A stretch of 28,241 nucleotides of DNA, from positions 1 through 28,241 of the forward strand of contig JAYZBQ010000080.1 in assembly GCA_036338695.1 (NCBI GenBank), in the 5' to 3' direction. Position 1 is the stretch's first letter. Each line of letters starts with the position of its first letter. Positions 15,329 through 23,477 of the stretch are shown here, piece after piece. A program made the position numbers and the translations under genes. The notes under the pieces are model-generated. The model made no database searches, was not told where the DNA came from, and saw only the letters and a program-made list of their open reading frames with translations. Source of the stretch: Myxococcota bacterium (lineage in GTDB: Bacteria; Myxococcota; UBA4151).

Positions 15329-17788
15329 ATGCGATCGATTGTGATGCTCCGCGGGTTGGTGTTTGGGTTGTTCTTGCTGACGCTTTCTTGCGGTGAGCAG
15401 GTGGTGGTGCGCGAGACCGAGGCGAGCTGTGGGAACGGCACCGTCGAGGTGGGTGAGCAGTGCGATGACGGCAACTCGGAGAACGCCGACGCCTGCAGCA
15501 ACGCCTGCGAGACGGCGCGTTGTGGCGACGCCGTGACACGCACTGACCTGACGCCCGAGGATGAGGGCTATGAGGTCTGTGATGACGGCAACGACGTGGA
15601 CACCGACAGCTGCGCAAACAGCTGCCGGGTGGGCGTCTGCGGCGATGGGATCGTTCGCACCGACGTCTCGGAGGGCGAGCTAGGTTTTGAGCAGTGCGAT
15701 GACGGCAACGTCGCGAACGAAGACGCCTGCCTCAGCGATTGCACGCTGGCGCGCTGCGGTGACGGCATCGTGCGCACGGATTTGTCACCGGACGAGGTCG
15801 GTTTTGAGGCCTGCGACGACGGCAACGAGGTCGACACGGACGGCTGCCTGACCACCTGTCAGGTCGCGCGCTGCGGTGACGGCGTCGTGGGGCCTGGTGA
15901 GGGGTGCGACGACGGCAACGACGACCCCACCGATGGCTGCAACGCCTGCGCCCCGGCGAGCTGCGGTGATGGCGTCGTGCAAGACGGTGAGCTGTGCGAT
16001 GACGGCAACGACGTCGACACGGACGGATGCTTGAGCACCTGCGCTGCGGCGGTGTGCGGTGACGGCGTGATCTGGGAGGGGCGCGAGGTCTGTGATGATG
16101 GCAACACCGAGCCGAGGGACGGATGCACGGCGCGCTGCGAGGTCGCGGTCTGCGGCGACGGGATTCAGCGCAACGACCTCACTCCTGAACAGGACGGATT
16201 TGAAGAGTGTGACGACGGCAACCAGCAGCTCGGCGACGGCTGCTCGGATCGCTGCTTGCGCGAGGTCTGTGGCAACGGGCGCACCGACGAGGGCGAAGCC
16301 TGTGATGACGGCAATCGGGTCAACTCGGACGCTTGCACCAACAGCTGCGAGCAGGCGCGCTGCGGGGACCGGATTTTACGCGATGAGGGCGAAGAGTGCG
16401 ACGACGGCAACAACGTGGACACCGACGCCTGCCTGAGCACCTGCCGGGTCGCTCGCTGCGGCGATGGTCAGGTGTGGGAGGGGCGAGAAGCCTGCGACGA
16501 CGGCAACCGCGTGGACGGCGACGGCTGCCGTAACGACTGCACCGTCCAGCGCTGCGGCGATGGGGTCGTGGCCGAGGGGCTCGAGGCTTGTGATGACGGC
16601 AACCAGGTCCAGACCGATGGGTGCCTCAACGACTGCACCGCCGCTCGCTGCGGTGACGGGATCCTCTATGTGGGGGTCGAAGCCTGTGATGACGGGAACC
16701 GTGTGGACACCGACGCGTGCATCAACACCTGCCAGCTTGCGACCTGCGGCGACGGCGCCGTACGCGAAGGAGAGGAAGCCTGCGATGACGGAAACCAAGT
16801 CGAGACCGACGGCTGCCGCAACGACTGCACGGCCGCTGCGTGCGGCGACGGGGTGGTGCACGCCGGCGTAGAGGACTGCGACGACGGAAACCAGGCGCAA
16901 GATGACGCCTGTTTGAACGATTGCCGCGCCGCGCGCTGCGGCGACGGGCAGCTGCAGGCGGGCGTCGAGGCTTGTGACGACGGCAATCAGGTCAACACCG
17001 ACGCCTGCCTTAACACCTGCGCCAGCGCACGCTGCGGCGACGGGGTGGTGCGGGAGGGGCAAGAGGCCTGTGATGACGGCAACGAAGACCCCACCGATGG
17101 CTGTCTGAACAGCTGCGTCTTAGCCTCCTGCGGTGATGGGTTTGTGCAGGCTGGCGTGGAGGCTTGTGATGACGGCAACGCGGCGCAAACCGACGATTGC
17201 CTCAACGACTGCACGGCGCCTCGCTGCGGCGACGGTCACGTGCGCGCGGGCGCCGAAACCTGCGATGACGGCAACAACGTCGACGGCGACGGCTGCGATG
17301 CGCAGTGCCAGCTCGAGTGCGCGCCGGGCTCAACGACGATTGACCTCGACGTCCGCCAGGCGGCTGGCGGGTGGCGCTCCAATGCGTGCTGCGCAGGACC
17401 CGGTGAGTACCGCGTCGCAAACGGCCGCAACAGCGCGTTGACCATGGGCTTCGCCGACCCGGTCCCGGACGGACACGTCGCCACGAGCGTGACGGTGACC
17501 GCCGGTATCCGGCACGCTTGCAACAACAACGGCATGAGCTTTCGGCTCAACGGCAACCAATTTGCGACGTGGGGCAGCCAGCAGGGACCGCACTGCAGCT
17601 GCGGGAATCCGCAGGTCGCTGCTGCCAGCCTACCGAACGCCGTGGCCCAGTATCGCCTCGACCAGACCAACGAGATCAGCATCGTCCAGCTGACCGATGG
17701 GGGGTGTCACCACGCGATTCAGGGGCTTCCCGGTCAAGCGGCGCATACGGTCATGCGCGTCACCGTCGCCTGGGGTTGCCCGCCCTAG
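15329..17788 (+). CDS. DUF4215 repeat lipoprotein (19 repeats) with an unassigned Cys/His-containing C-terminal domain
   Basis: ATG 15329 after GAGG; lipobox [22 protein letters not shown] is identical to the 9277 gene; non-repeat tip starts at about 17318. Confidence 0.9.
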   Translation: MRSIVMLRGLVFGLFLLTLSCGEQVVVRETEASCGNGTVEVGEQCDDGNSENADACSNACETARCGDAVTRTDLTPEDEGYEVCDDGNDVDTDSCANSCRVGVCGDGIVRTDVSEGELGFEQCDDGNVANEDACLSDCTLARCGDGIVRTDLSPDEVGFEACDDGNEVDTDGCLTTCQVARCGDGVVGPGEGCDDGNDDPTDGCNACAPASCGDGVVQDGELCDDGNDVDTDGCLSTCAAAVCGDGVIWEGREVCDDGNTEPRDGCTARCEVAVCGDGIQRNDLTPEQDGFEECDDGNQQLGDGCSDRCLREVCGNGRTDEGEACDDGNRVNSDACTNSCEQARCGDRILRDEGEECDDGNNVDTDACLSTCRVARCGDGQVWEGREACDDGNRVDGDGCRNDCTVQRCGDGVVAEGLEACDDGNQVQTDGCLNDCTAARCGDGILYVGVEACDDGNRVDTDACINTCQLATCGDGAVREGEEACDDGNQVETDGCRNDCTAAACGDGVVHAGVEDCDDGNQAQDDACLNDCRAARCGDGQLQAGVEACDDGNQVNTDACLNTCASARCGDGVVREGQEACDDGNEDPTDGCLNSCVLASCGDGFVQAGVEACDDGNAAQTDDCLNDCTAPRCGDGHVRAGAETCDDGNNVDGDGCDAQCQLECAPGSTTIDLDVRQAAGGWRSNACCAGPGEYRVANGRNSALTMGFADPVPDGHVATSVTVTAGIRHACNNNGMSFRLNGNQFATWGSQQGPHCSCGNPQVAAASLPNAVAQYRLDQTNEISIVQLTDGGCHHAIQGLPGQAAHTVMRVTVAWGCPP

Positions 17789-18651
17789 CGCGCCCGGCTG
17801 TCTGGCTGCTTAGCACCAAACGCCGGCGCCGCAGGGAACCAGCGTTGGCGCTGGCTCATCAGCTCATCGCAGTCGGTGAGCGTCTCCGGGATCGGCGTCA
17901 GGACGATGGGGTTGAGCCCGACGTCGTCCACCTGTTTGGGGTCGGCTTGTTCGTTGAACAAGAACGACGAGGCGCCGGCGACGAGCTGTTCGGAGCGGTC
18001 GTTGACGAAGCCGAGGATCGAGCCGTCGCTCATCAGCATGAGGTGGTTCTCAAAGATCTCTCGGCGCGCCAGGTAGACCTGACCTTTGACCCATCGGTTC
18101 GCCTTAATCTGAACGGTCACGCCGGGTTTTCCGTCGCCATCAGGGTCTGTGAACTGAGCCGCCTTGGGGTCTTTGGGGAGCGGCTGGTTCGGATCCCCTG
18201 CGACGCCGATGAGGCTGGGTGTGGCGGGTCGGTGCAGAAGCCATGCGCCCTCGCGCTCGCTCAGCTTCACGGCTTGACTCGGCGGCTTGATGGCGCGCGT
18301 GGCGCGATCGCTCAGGCTCGACTCCATCCCTTGGCGGTTGATCCGGTGTTCGGCGTGACAGAAGCGATCGGTCTCGACGAGCTCGCCGCCTCGAAGCGAA
18401 AATTCGGTGAAGCCGTACGAGATGATGAAGGTGCGCATGGGCGCGCCGCGCATGGGCTCTTGGTAGGCCACCACGTCAAAGTGGGCGTAGCGCCCGACGA
18501 TCTGCTCGAGCGCTTGCGCACGCGTCAGCCCCGTAGCCGGTGTGAGCTCGGTCCGGAGCAAAGGAGACGCAGGCCAGGGCAGCGCCGGGGGGCCGCATGA
18601 GGCCCCAGCAAGCAGCGGCGCGAGCGCCAGCCAGAGCGCTCGCCGGCTCAT
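17785..18651 (-). CDS. Hypothetical lipoprotein
   Basis: MSRRALWLALAPLLAGAS-C; DPDGDGKPGVTV motif; start overlaps the upstream stop (ATGA, 18648-18651). Confidence 0.8.
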   Translation of the reverse strand: MSRRALWLALAPLLAGASCGPPALPWPASPLLRTELTPATGLTRAQALEQIVGRYAHFDVVAYQEPMRGAPMRTFIISYGFTEFSLRGGELVETDRFCHAEHRINRQGMESSLSDRATRAIKPPSQAVKLSEREGAWLLHRPATPSLIGVAGDPNQPLPKDPKAAQFTDPDGDGKPGVTVQIKANRWVKGQVYLARREIFENHLMLMSDGSILGFVNDRSEQLVAGASSFLFNEQADPKQVDDVGLNPIVLTPIPETLTDCDELMSQRQRWFPAAPAFGAKQPDSRAR

Positions 18652-19586
18652 GGTTTGGGCTGCCGTGAGAGGTAGTCGAGCAGATCCTGGCGCGCTTGGG
18701 TCGGGGTGCAGCCGCCGTGGTCGATGGAGCAAAACTGATCCCAATCGAGCCCAAAGACTTTGAGGTCCTCCCGCATCGCTTGGGCGATCTCTTGAGGGAT
18801 GGCGTCGCCTGCTCGCACGTCGGTTCGGGTCATGACGTTGACTCCGGCATAGCGACCAGCAGGTGTCTGACCGCAGTAGGTGTAGGTGATTCAGTCCGGT
18901 TGAGGTCGCGACAGAACGTACCAGCGCTCATCTTGTGGTGTGAGCGGCGGGTTGGTGTAGTGGACCTCCAGGCCGCCGTCCGCGGTGACCTTGGGCTTGG
19001 CGATCAAGTAGGGAAGTTTACCTTTGATGCCCGCCGAACCGGCGAATGAGGTGTGATACCACATCCGCTCGCCCTCGGGCACCCACGAGCTACTGCGGCA
19101 CTTAAGGGCGTCGTACCCACCCTGCCACCTCGAGCCTTCGCGTCCGCAGTTGCGACCTCTGAGCTCGTGCCATGTGCCCTCAAGCGTGCTGATATCGGTG
19201 AGGCGGATGACCCGCTCCTGCGTGGTCGTCGTGACCGGGCAGATCCCATCTTTGCCGGCTCGAGCGCGCGGTAAACAGCGATGATCTGCGAAGCATTGGA
19301 CGACTTTTCGGTAGCAGGCGCTGTCGCGCCCCTCCTCCACTTGGCTCAGGAGGTGGCACGCTTGCTCACCGGCGCCCCCTTTCGCCAGCTCGGAGCATTT
19401 GCGGTTGCACGCGAGCGTGGCGCGGCAGTCCCCGCTGAACGTGCAGCCGATCAAGGAGCCGGGGCAGTTGCCGAGACCGCAGGTCAGCGCGTTCGGTTGA
19501 TCCGGAGCATTTTTTGTCGTGCATCCGGCGGCGAGCAGCAGCGCGCAGACCCAAACAAGGGGGGCGCGCGCAAAGGCTCCTACCAA
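18648..19586 (-). pseudogene. Violaxanthin de-epoxidase (VDE/VDL/VDR)-like lipoprotein interrupted by an in-frame TGA at 18891-18893
   Basis: Lipobox LAAG-C; Cys-rich domain CxxxxCxxxLxxCxxxxxCxxxLACxxxC; lipocalin motifs LEGTWHELRGRN, YDALKC, ERWYVL, D*ITYTYCG, YAGVNVMTR and GLDWDQFCSIDHGGC in the order seen in VDE. Track ORFs 18891-19925 and 18648-18833 are in the same frame. The start codon (TTG 19586) is uncertain. Confidence 0.72.
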
Positions 19587-19846
19587 CGCTGCGGCCAGAC
19601 GTGGTCCATGGCGCCAGCCACGAATGGCGAGGGCTTGGTTTTGCGTACGGTTTTGGCGCCTTTGCAGCCTTTTGCGTTCTTGCAGCAGGCGGTCGCTTGT
19701 GCGCAGTCGCCGCCGCAGCCCTTGGTGCCGTTTTGGGGCGACGCACAGCAGCCAGCCGGGGCGAGCGTCGCGCTCTGAGGCGCAGGGGTAGAGGCGCACG
19801 CGTTCAGGCACATCGCACAGACAACAACCGCTAGGAACCGCATCAT
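19580..19846 (-). CDS. Small Cys-rich lipoprotein, 88 aa
   Basis: GGAG before ATGATG; MMRFLAVVVCAMCLNA-C; 7 further Cys including two CC pairs; Lys-rich tail. Confidence 0.65.
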   Translation of the reverse strand: MMRFLAVVVCAMCLNACASTPAPQSATLAPAGCCASPQNGTKGCGGDCAQATACCKNAKGCKGAKTVRKTKPSPFVAGAMDHVWPQRW

Positions 19847-19923
19847 CAGGTACTCCGGGCTGCTCGCCTACCGTAAATGCTCGGCAGACGAAACCCCGCA
19901 TCAGGCTGCGTGCGCCTGGGCGC

Positions 19924-19955
19924 AAAAAACCAAACGACCGCCCGATGGGCGGCCG
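19924..19955 (-). terminator. Intrinsic terminator after the KamA gene
   Basis: Minus strand reads CGGCCGCCC-ATC-GGGCGGTCG then TTTGGTTTTTT. Confidence 0.7.
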
Positions 19956-19982
19956 AGTGGCTCGGTGTGGACCTTGGACGCG

Positions 19983-21392
19983 TCAGCTGCCGCTCGAGGC
20001 GACGTTGGGGAGCCGCACCAGGCGCCCGCTGTCTTGATGGAAGGACTCCGCCTCCGCCTGCGCCGCACGGGCTGCCTCTTCTGCTTCTTGCAAGATCAGG
20101 TCGTGCTGCGCCGGGTCAGCCCAGCGCTTTTGACCGCTCTCGGGGAGCAGCTCGACGGGGTCGCAGTAGAAGTAGTACTTGTCCGGGTTGACCGACGGGC
20201 TGCGGTAGACCGAGACGCCGGTCTCGCGGTTGTAGTGCTCAAAGGAGTGGGCGTCGCGCTTGCCGCCGCCGCCCGGGGCGTCGACCACGAAGGTGGGCGT
20301 CTTGAAGCCAGCGGTTGAGCCGCGCACGACCTTCTCGATCTGCAGCGCTGTCTGCACGGTGGTGCGCAGGTCCTCGGCGCCGGTGACCAAGTCATGAACG
20401 TAGACATAGTAGGGGTGCACGTTGACGTAGGACAGGCGGCGGACCAGCTGCTTCATGATCTCCGGGTCGTCGTTGACGCCGCGCACGAGCACCGACTGAT
20501 TGCGCACGGTGATACCGCGGGCAAAGAGCACAGCGAGCCCGCGGCGGGTGATGTCGGTGATCTCTTTGGGGTGGTTGAAGTGCGTGTGCACCACCACCTC
20601 GACGTTCTGCTTGCGCCCACGCTCGACGACCTGCGTCAGGGCGTCGACCCATTCGTGGTGCGTGATCAGCTTCATCGGCATGATCGCCGGCCCCTTGGTG
20701 GCGTAGCGGATGCGCCGAACGTGCGGGATGTCGAGCAGGGCGTTGCCGATCTCGGTGACCTGCTCGGGCCGCAGCTGGTAGGTGTCGCCGCCGCTGATCA
20801 CGATGTCTTCAAGGTATGGCGTGTTGCGGATGTACTCGAACGCCTTCTCCCAGCGCTTGCGGTTGACGCTCAAGCGCATCTTCTCAAACTCTTCGGTGTC
20901 GCTGCCCACGGCGTAGCTGCGCGTGCAGTAGCGGCAGTAGACCGTGCAGGTGTCCATGGCGAGGAACAGCGCCTTGTCGGAGTAGCGGTGGGTCAAGCCT
21001 TGGACCGGGCTATCCTTTTGCTCACCGAGCGAGTCGAAGGTGAGCATGGGGTGATCTTTGGTGAACCGCGACGCCAGCGGCACAAACTGGATGCGCAAGG
21101 GGTCGGTGTAGGGTTCGTCCCAGTCGATCAGCCCAAAGACGTACGGGCTGACGCGCACGCTCATCGAGGCGCGGCGAAAGCCCTCGCGCACATCCTCGAG
21201 GAACTCAGGCGTGACGATGTCTTCGAGCAGTTTGAGCACGTGCTCAGGCTTGGTGACGGTGTTTTGGGATTGCCAGGTCCAGTCGAGGAAGGTCTCTTCG
21301 TCGATGTCTTTCCAGGCAGGGACGCGCTGCCAGAACAGGTCCTTGTTCAGGTCGCGGTGAGAGGTGTCAAAGTTGTGTTTGTTGCGGGCCAT
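19983..21392 (-). CDS. kamA: KamA-family radical SAM enzyme (lysine 2,3-aminomutase-like)
   Basis: GLTHRY, CTVYCRYC (CxxxCxxC), ISGGD, THFNHPKEIT, NQSVLVRGVND, PYY and the PLP-Lys motif VVDAPGGGGK; AAGGA RBS. Confidence 0.9.
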   Translation of the reverse strand: MARNKHNFDTSHRDLNKDLFWQRVPAWKDIDEETFLDWTWQSQNTVTKPEHVLKLLEDIVTPEFLEDVREGFRRASMSVRVSPYVFGLIDWDEPYTDPLRIQFVPLASRFTKDHPMLTFDSLGEQKDSPVQGLTHRYSDKALFLAMDTCTVYCRYCTRSYAVGSDTEEFEKMRLSVNRKRWEKAFEYIRNTPYLEDIVISGGDTYQLRPEQVTEIGNALLDIPHVRRIRYATKGPAIMPMKLITHHEWVDALTQVVERGRKQNVEVVVHTHFNHPKEITDITRRGLAVLFARGITVRNQSVLVRGVNDDPEIMKQLVRRLSYVNVHPYYVYVHDLVTGAEDLRTTVQTALQIEKVVRGSTAGFKTPTFVVDAPGGGGKRDAHSFEHYNRETGVSVYRSPSVNPDKYYFYCDPVELLPESGQKRWADPAQHDLILQEAEEAARAAQAEAESFHQDSGRLVRLPNVASSGS

Positions 21393-21585
21393 GATCGGTC
21401 CTTTGCGTGTGGTAAGCGCCGTGGTTTCACGGCGAATTCGTCAAGTCAGTACGAGCCGGTGCAGCGAGCGCTACACGTCGGGCTGGTGCCAAACTGAGTC
21501 ATTAAACCACATACCAACTCCCTAGCTCAAGAGCGCCCCGATTTCAACCGAAACAGCTTGACCTCCAAGGACCGAGGCGGCTTGC

Positions 21586-22521
21586 TTATTCCCGGAACTT
21601 ACCGGCCGCGTCCAACCCAGCCATCAGCTTGTCGAAGCCTCGCCAGGAGATGTCGATCTCTGCCTGCGCCGCTGGCTGGCGGAAGTCGCTGAGCCCGCGC
21701 GCGGCGTACCAGGTCTTGTTGCGGATCGTCTGGTAGGCTGCGCGTGTGGCGGTCCCTTGCCCGGCGATGGCGTCTACGACGTCGCCGGCTTTGAACATGT
21801 CGAACAAGGGGTGCATGTCGACGCCGTGTCCGTCGCGAGCCGCTTGGACCATCTCTGGGTAGACCTCGAGAAGGACGTCGCCAAAGTACATGAAGTCGTC
21901 GCGTCGCTCTTTGTGCGCCCCGGTGTCCACCAGCGCTTTGGGCAGGTCGGCGACGAGGTGGACGATGGCGCCCATCCCGGTGACGCGCTCGCGGCTCACG
22001 TTCGGGTCGCGAGCCTGGCGGTAGTAAGCCTCCCAGGCGCCCGTGACCTCGCCGCCGGTGAGCTCGCCGTGGAGGTTATCGAGGTAGCGCTTACCGAAGT
22101 GAGGGATCAGGTCTTCCGCCCACTTGTTGTCCTCGTAGATCTGGCGTTCCACCGAGTCGACGGCGCCGTCGGTGATCACGCGGTACAGCGAGGTAAACAG
22201 GCCGCGTGGGTCCTTGTGGTCCACCATGAGCTTGTCGAGCTCGCGGATGCGGCTCTGCAGGTCATGCATCCCGTTGAGCGTGCTCGAGTCGGTCAACTCG
22301 ACCATCCGGTTGTGCACGCTCAGCGGCAGGCTTGGGACGCGCCCTGAGCCGGGCACCATCGGCTCGGCGTTGATGCTCGACTGCGCCCGATGCGCCGAGT
22401 TGACGCGCTCAAACCCGTCGGCGTGAAGCCCTGCGCTCGGCGCCTTGACGGCCGGCCTTGCAGGCGGTTGATGGGTCTCAAGGGCTTTGGGGGTGACGTT
22501 GCCTGCAGAAATTCGGGTCAT
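21586..22521 (-). CDS. DUF5995-like alpha-helical protein with a low-complexity N-terminal extension
   Basis: Pattern DPRGLFTSLYRVIT...YEDNKWAEDLIPHFGKRY...AW...GMGAIVHLVADLPKAL, recalled for DUF5995. Confidence 0.65.
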   Translation of the reverse strand: MTRISAGNVTPKALETHQPPARPAVKAPSAGLHADGFERVNSAHRAQSSINAEPMVPGSGRVPSLPLSVHNRMVELTDSSTLNGMHDLQSRIRELDKLMVDHKDPRGLFTSLYRVITDGAVDSVERQIYEDNKWAEDLIPHFGKRYLDNLHGELTGGEVTGAWEAYYRQARDPNVSRERVTGMGAIVHLVADLPKALVDTGAHKERRDDFMYFGDVLLEVYPEMVQAARDGHGVDMHPLFDMFKAGDVVDAIAGQGTATRAAYQTIRNKTWYAARGLSDFRQPAAQAEIDISWRGFDKLMAGLDAAGKFRE

Positions 22522-22542
22522 CGTGGGGTCCTTTGGGGTCGT

Positions 22543-22569
22543 TGTTTGAACTGTTTGGTTTGTTTGGTT
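22543..22569. repeat. Three 9-bp-period repeats (TGTTTGrwy) in a divergent intergenic region
   Basis: TGTTTGAAC TGTTTGGTT TGTTTGGTT starting at 22543, 22552 and 22561. Confidence 0.55.
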
Positions 22570-22595
22570 ATCAAAATACGTATAAAACGGTCAAC

Positions 22596-23474
22596 ATGTT
22601 GAGGTTATCGGCGAGTAGGTCCTTCGGTTGCGTGGCAGGGTGCCGCCAGTCTGTCAGGTCTGTGGCGGCGCTGACGCTCAGCGCTTGCCTGCTGATGGCG
22701 CCGGCGGAGGCGGGAGCGGCGGGCAACGTGATCAAGCAGCTTGACTGGGTGGTACAAAACGACACGGTGATGGGTGGGCGCTCCAGCGCCCGCTTAGCCT
22801 GGAATGCGCAGCAGCAGCTGGTATGGACGGGCAACCTGAGCCTTGAGAACAACGGCGGCTTTGTCTCAATCTTTGCACGGAATGGCTGGGCTGATTGGTC
22901 GGCTTACCAGGGCGTCGAGGTGGTGATCGAGGGCGCCGGGCGCGCCGTGCAGGTGACGCTGCAGCGCGGCGATCGGGTCGTGCGCGCTGGGGGGTACCGT
23001 GCCCTCGTGGCGACCGAGCCGAGCGGCGAGACCAAGGTGACGATCCCCTTCTCGGCGTTTGTGCTCAAGCGCTTTGGTAGGGCGATCCGTGGCCCTGCGC
23101 TCAGCGGTGGTCTCTCGCAGGTCGGGCGGCTAGGGTTGCTCATCGCCGACAAGCGCGAGGGGCCGTTCAAGGTGGTGCTTAAGTCGGTCAAGCCCGTGCG
23201 GATGGTCGAGACTCAGCGCTTGAGCGAGACGGCGCGCAAGCGGCTGATGGCGGCGATCGAGCTAGGCGTTCCGACCTTTAATGGCGGCGATGTGGCGGGC
23301 TGCGCTATGATCTACCGCACCGCGCTCAGCGGGCTGCAGCGCGAGGGCGCGCTCAGCGGGTCGTGGGCGAGCCGGCTGGTCAAGGGCGCGTTGGCGAAGG
23401 CCGCTCAAGAAGATCGCCGCAGCGCTGCGTGGACCCTGCGGCGCGCCATGGATCAGCTGCTGCAGGGCGACTAA
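22596..23474 (+). CDS. CIA30-family protein with signal peptide and an extra C-terminal helical domain
   Basis: WVVQNDTVMGGRS, GNLSLENNGGFVS, IPFSAF and GLLIADKREGPF; C-terminal AIELGVPTFNGGDVAGCAMIY...AWTLRRAMD. The start is uncertain. Confidence 0.85.
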   Translation: MLRLSASRSFGCVAGCRQSVRSVAALTLSACLLMAPAEAGAAGNVIKQLDWVVQNDTVMGGRSSARLAWNAQQQLVWTGNLSLENNGGFVSIFARNGWADWSAYQGVEVVIEGAGRAVQVTLQRGDRVVRAGGYRALVATEPSGETKVTIPFSAFVLKRFGRAIRGPALSGGLSQVGRLGLLIADKREGPFKVVLKSVKPVRMVETQRLSETARKRLMAAIELGVPTFNGGDVAGCAMIYRTALSGLQREGALSGSWASRLVKGALAKAAQEDRRSAAWTLRRAMDQLLQGD

Positions 23475-23477
23475 AGG

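Noticed and set aside
9385..17310. CRISPR-like recurrence of TGCGACGACGGCAAC
   Set aside because: These are coding CDDGN repeats with synonymous third-position variation; no cas genes are present.
18891..18893. Selenocysteine or genome-wide TGA recoding
   Set aside because: The position aligns with an aromatic residue, no convincing SECIS hairpin follows, and TGA is a normal stop in other genes here (12267, 27717).
19580..21392. RiPP cluster (radical SAM enzyme plus Cys-rich precursor)
   Set aside because: The enzyme is a PLP-dependent aminomutase with no SPASM or RRE domain, a terminator separates the genes, and the peptide has a lipoprotein signal.
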